DNA of 64,000 nt from Eledone cirrhosa (lineage: Eukaryota). Positions 61,799 through 64,000 of this stretch are shown one piece after another. The first letter of the stretch is position 1; each line of letters starts with the position of its first letter. The notes beneath the pieces are model-generated. The model saw only the letters and a list, made by a program, of their open reading frames with translations, was not told where the DNA came from and ran no database searches. Made by a program: the position numbers and the translations under genes. The stretch spans positions 1,488,001 to 1,552,000 of the forward strand of contig OZ024750.1 in NCBI GenBank assembly GCA_964016885.1. The letters run 5' to 3'.

Positions 61799-61948
61799 GT
61801 ATATATATCAATGTATATATCAATGTATATATATCAATGTATATATCAATGTATATATCAATGTATATATCAATGTATATATATCAATGTATATATATTA
61901 ATGTATATATCAATATATATATATATATCAATGTATATATCAATGTAT
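61799..61948. repeat. (TATATATCAATG)n TA-derived repeat
   Basis: Direct reading. Confidence 0.9.
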
Positions 61949-62902
61949 AAATCTATCACCAAATTTAAATTCTTGTAATATGCCAATTTAATATCTACAA
62001 TTCCTGTTAAACACCGGATATCTGTTGCCACGTGACACAGGATGTAGTAGGTTTTTTCTTCGGAATACTTTCTACACTCATGTTTATAATTAAGATTTTC
62101 ACTTCATGTCGAAGTGTCGATTTCCATTCTAATCAACTCATCGAAGCTGATGTCGCAAACTGGCTCCGAACTCCGGCTTTTATTTTGTTGTGTAGAATCC
62201 GCATGAATTACGATTAATTTCTGAAGGCATTTAATTATATTCAGCTCGCTTCGCAAAGCTTTACAATTTGCGCAATAAAATGTCTTAATGAGATCAAAGA
62301 CAACCATATACAAGGGTTTATATTGCTTATGGTATCTCTGTCTCTTCTGCGGCTTCTGCGCCTTGTGTGTCTAAAACCAGATAAGAACTTAGGTAGGTCA
62401 TTAGGAAAGTATGGCTTAGTGGGATGCATCAACCGAGCCGGATAGCTCATTAATTCATTAATTTGGGTGCTACACTTTTACACTAGTTTTCCCGGTGATA
62501 TAAAAAACTAACTGCTTCATTCGATTATCCAAATATGTCCACTTATATAAAAAAAATAAAAAAATCTGCTTTATATTGCGAGGCTAAATCTTTAGTCAGC
62601 GAAATATATGTATCACACAGTAACATGTTAAAAATATATAAGTGGATTAGATGGGGCTTCAGTATATGTGTATTATACATTTACATTTATGTGCGTGTAT
62701 ACATACATACTTATACATACATGCACACACATACACACATAAACACACACATACATACATACAATAGAATAATATATATGCACGATAGACGATTGTTTTT
62801 TATTCATACAATGCAACTAACAAGTTTCTTCAGCTACAAATATAAGAAAGAACATCATTATGTGACGCTGCAAAGAGAAAAACGATTATCTTATATTATA
62901 GG

Positions 62903-63492
62903 CTATAGCAACTGAGAAGCGACGCCAGTGTAGTAGTCTATAGCAACAGAGAAGCGACGCTAGTGTAGTAGTCTATAGCAACAGAGAAGCGACGCCAGTG
63001 TAGTAGTCTATAGCAACAGAGAAGCGATGCCAGTGTAGTAGTCTATAGCAACAGAGAAGCTATGCCAGTGTAGTAGTCTATAGCAACAGAGAAGCGACGC
63101 CAGTGTAGTAGTCTATAGCAACAGAGAAGCGACGCCAGTGTAGTAGTCTATAGCAACAGAGAAGCGACGCCAGTGTAGTAGTCTATAGCAACAGAGAAGC
63201 GATGCCAGTGTAGTAGTCTATAGCAACAGAGAAGCTATGCCAGTGTAGTAGTCTATAGCAACAGAGAAGCAACGCCAGTGTAGTAGTCTATAGCAACAGA
63301 GAAGCGACGCCAGTGTAGTAGTCTATAGCAACAGAGAAGCGACGCCAGTGTAGTAGTCTATAGCAACAGAGAAGCGACGCCAGTGTAGTAGTCTATAGCA
63401 ACAGAGAAGCGACGCCAGTGTAGTAGTCTATAGCAACAGAGAAGCGACGCCAGTGTAGTAGTCTATAGCAACAGAGAAGCGACGCCAGTGTA
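62903..63492. repeat. 35-bp minisatellite, ~17 units
   Basis: Unit CTATAGCAACAGAGAAGCGACGCCAGTGTAGTAGT, head to tail with no spacers. Confidence 0.97.
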
Positions 63493-63850
63493 AGAATGTG
63501 TTTGCACCGATCGATTGCTACTGCTGATGTCCTGACACACAGCAGGAGTGAAGTGATACCTTAAACACTTTTATCTTAGTACCTATCGGATGTGTCAACC
63601 GTCAAATATGAATTCAATGAACTGCTGTCTACACAGGTATCAGAATTCGACATCTTAGCTTTAAATCTTATTTGTCATCGATGTTATTCCTGTTTTGTCA
63701 TATGTAAAAGTTCATGAACGTTAGATACCGATATTGTGAGGGACATACACCTCCTAGGTGTAAAATAAAAAAAAATGTTTATTAGCGGCAACTTCTAAAC
63801 CCTTTCAATTGTAATATACTTCATAATTACATAGTCCGTTAGTGACAATA

Positions 63851-63906
63851 TATCATATTTTCAAATATTTCGTCTTTGATTTATGCTAGGACATCATCAG
63901 ATGATA
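63851..63906 (-). ncRNA. Degenerate hammerhead (cleavage-site deletion)
   Basis: Minus strand: TATCAT-CTGATGA-t-GTC...GAC-GAAA-TATTTgaAAAT-ATGATA. Stem I and stem III overlap, as if ~3 nt were lost. Confidence 0.45.
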
Positions 63907-64000
63907 AAAAAATAATTTCTAAAATAACCATAATATATATAGCTAGTTCATATATATGGTGTTTTGTCTTACATTTGTAGTTTCGACGACCGTAACTCGT

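Noticed and set aside
62903-63492. CRISPR-like 35-bp repeats
   Set aside because: The units are contiguous with no unique spacers, there are no cas genes, and the context is eukaryotic.

Overview
AT-rich, microsatellite-dense eukaryotic DNA with one 200-N scaffold gap and no recognisable host exon. The SINE and microsatellite content suggests an octopus/cephalopod genome (inference). Conventional content: one near full-length RTE LINE with three lesions (50283-53606), degenerate RTE and R4/Dong LINE fragments, about 15 copies of a tRNA-derived SINE (several with clear TSDs), CORE-like SINEs, a small TIR MITE and a 35-bp minisatellite. The main signal is about 15 type I hammerhead-ribozyme (HHR) motifs read by eye on both strands. 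Most lie in short non-coding elements that end in (TA)n tracts, and several carry fold-back inverted arms, one a perfect 1.1-kb palindrome. This fits non-autonomous Penelope-like (pLTR) or retrozyme-like elements. Variants include U3:A8 covariant cores, stem II domains of 55-91 nt, and one ribozyme whose halves survive only on opposite arms of a hairpin. All structures were read manually; none is computationally or experimentally validated.
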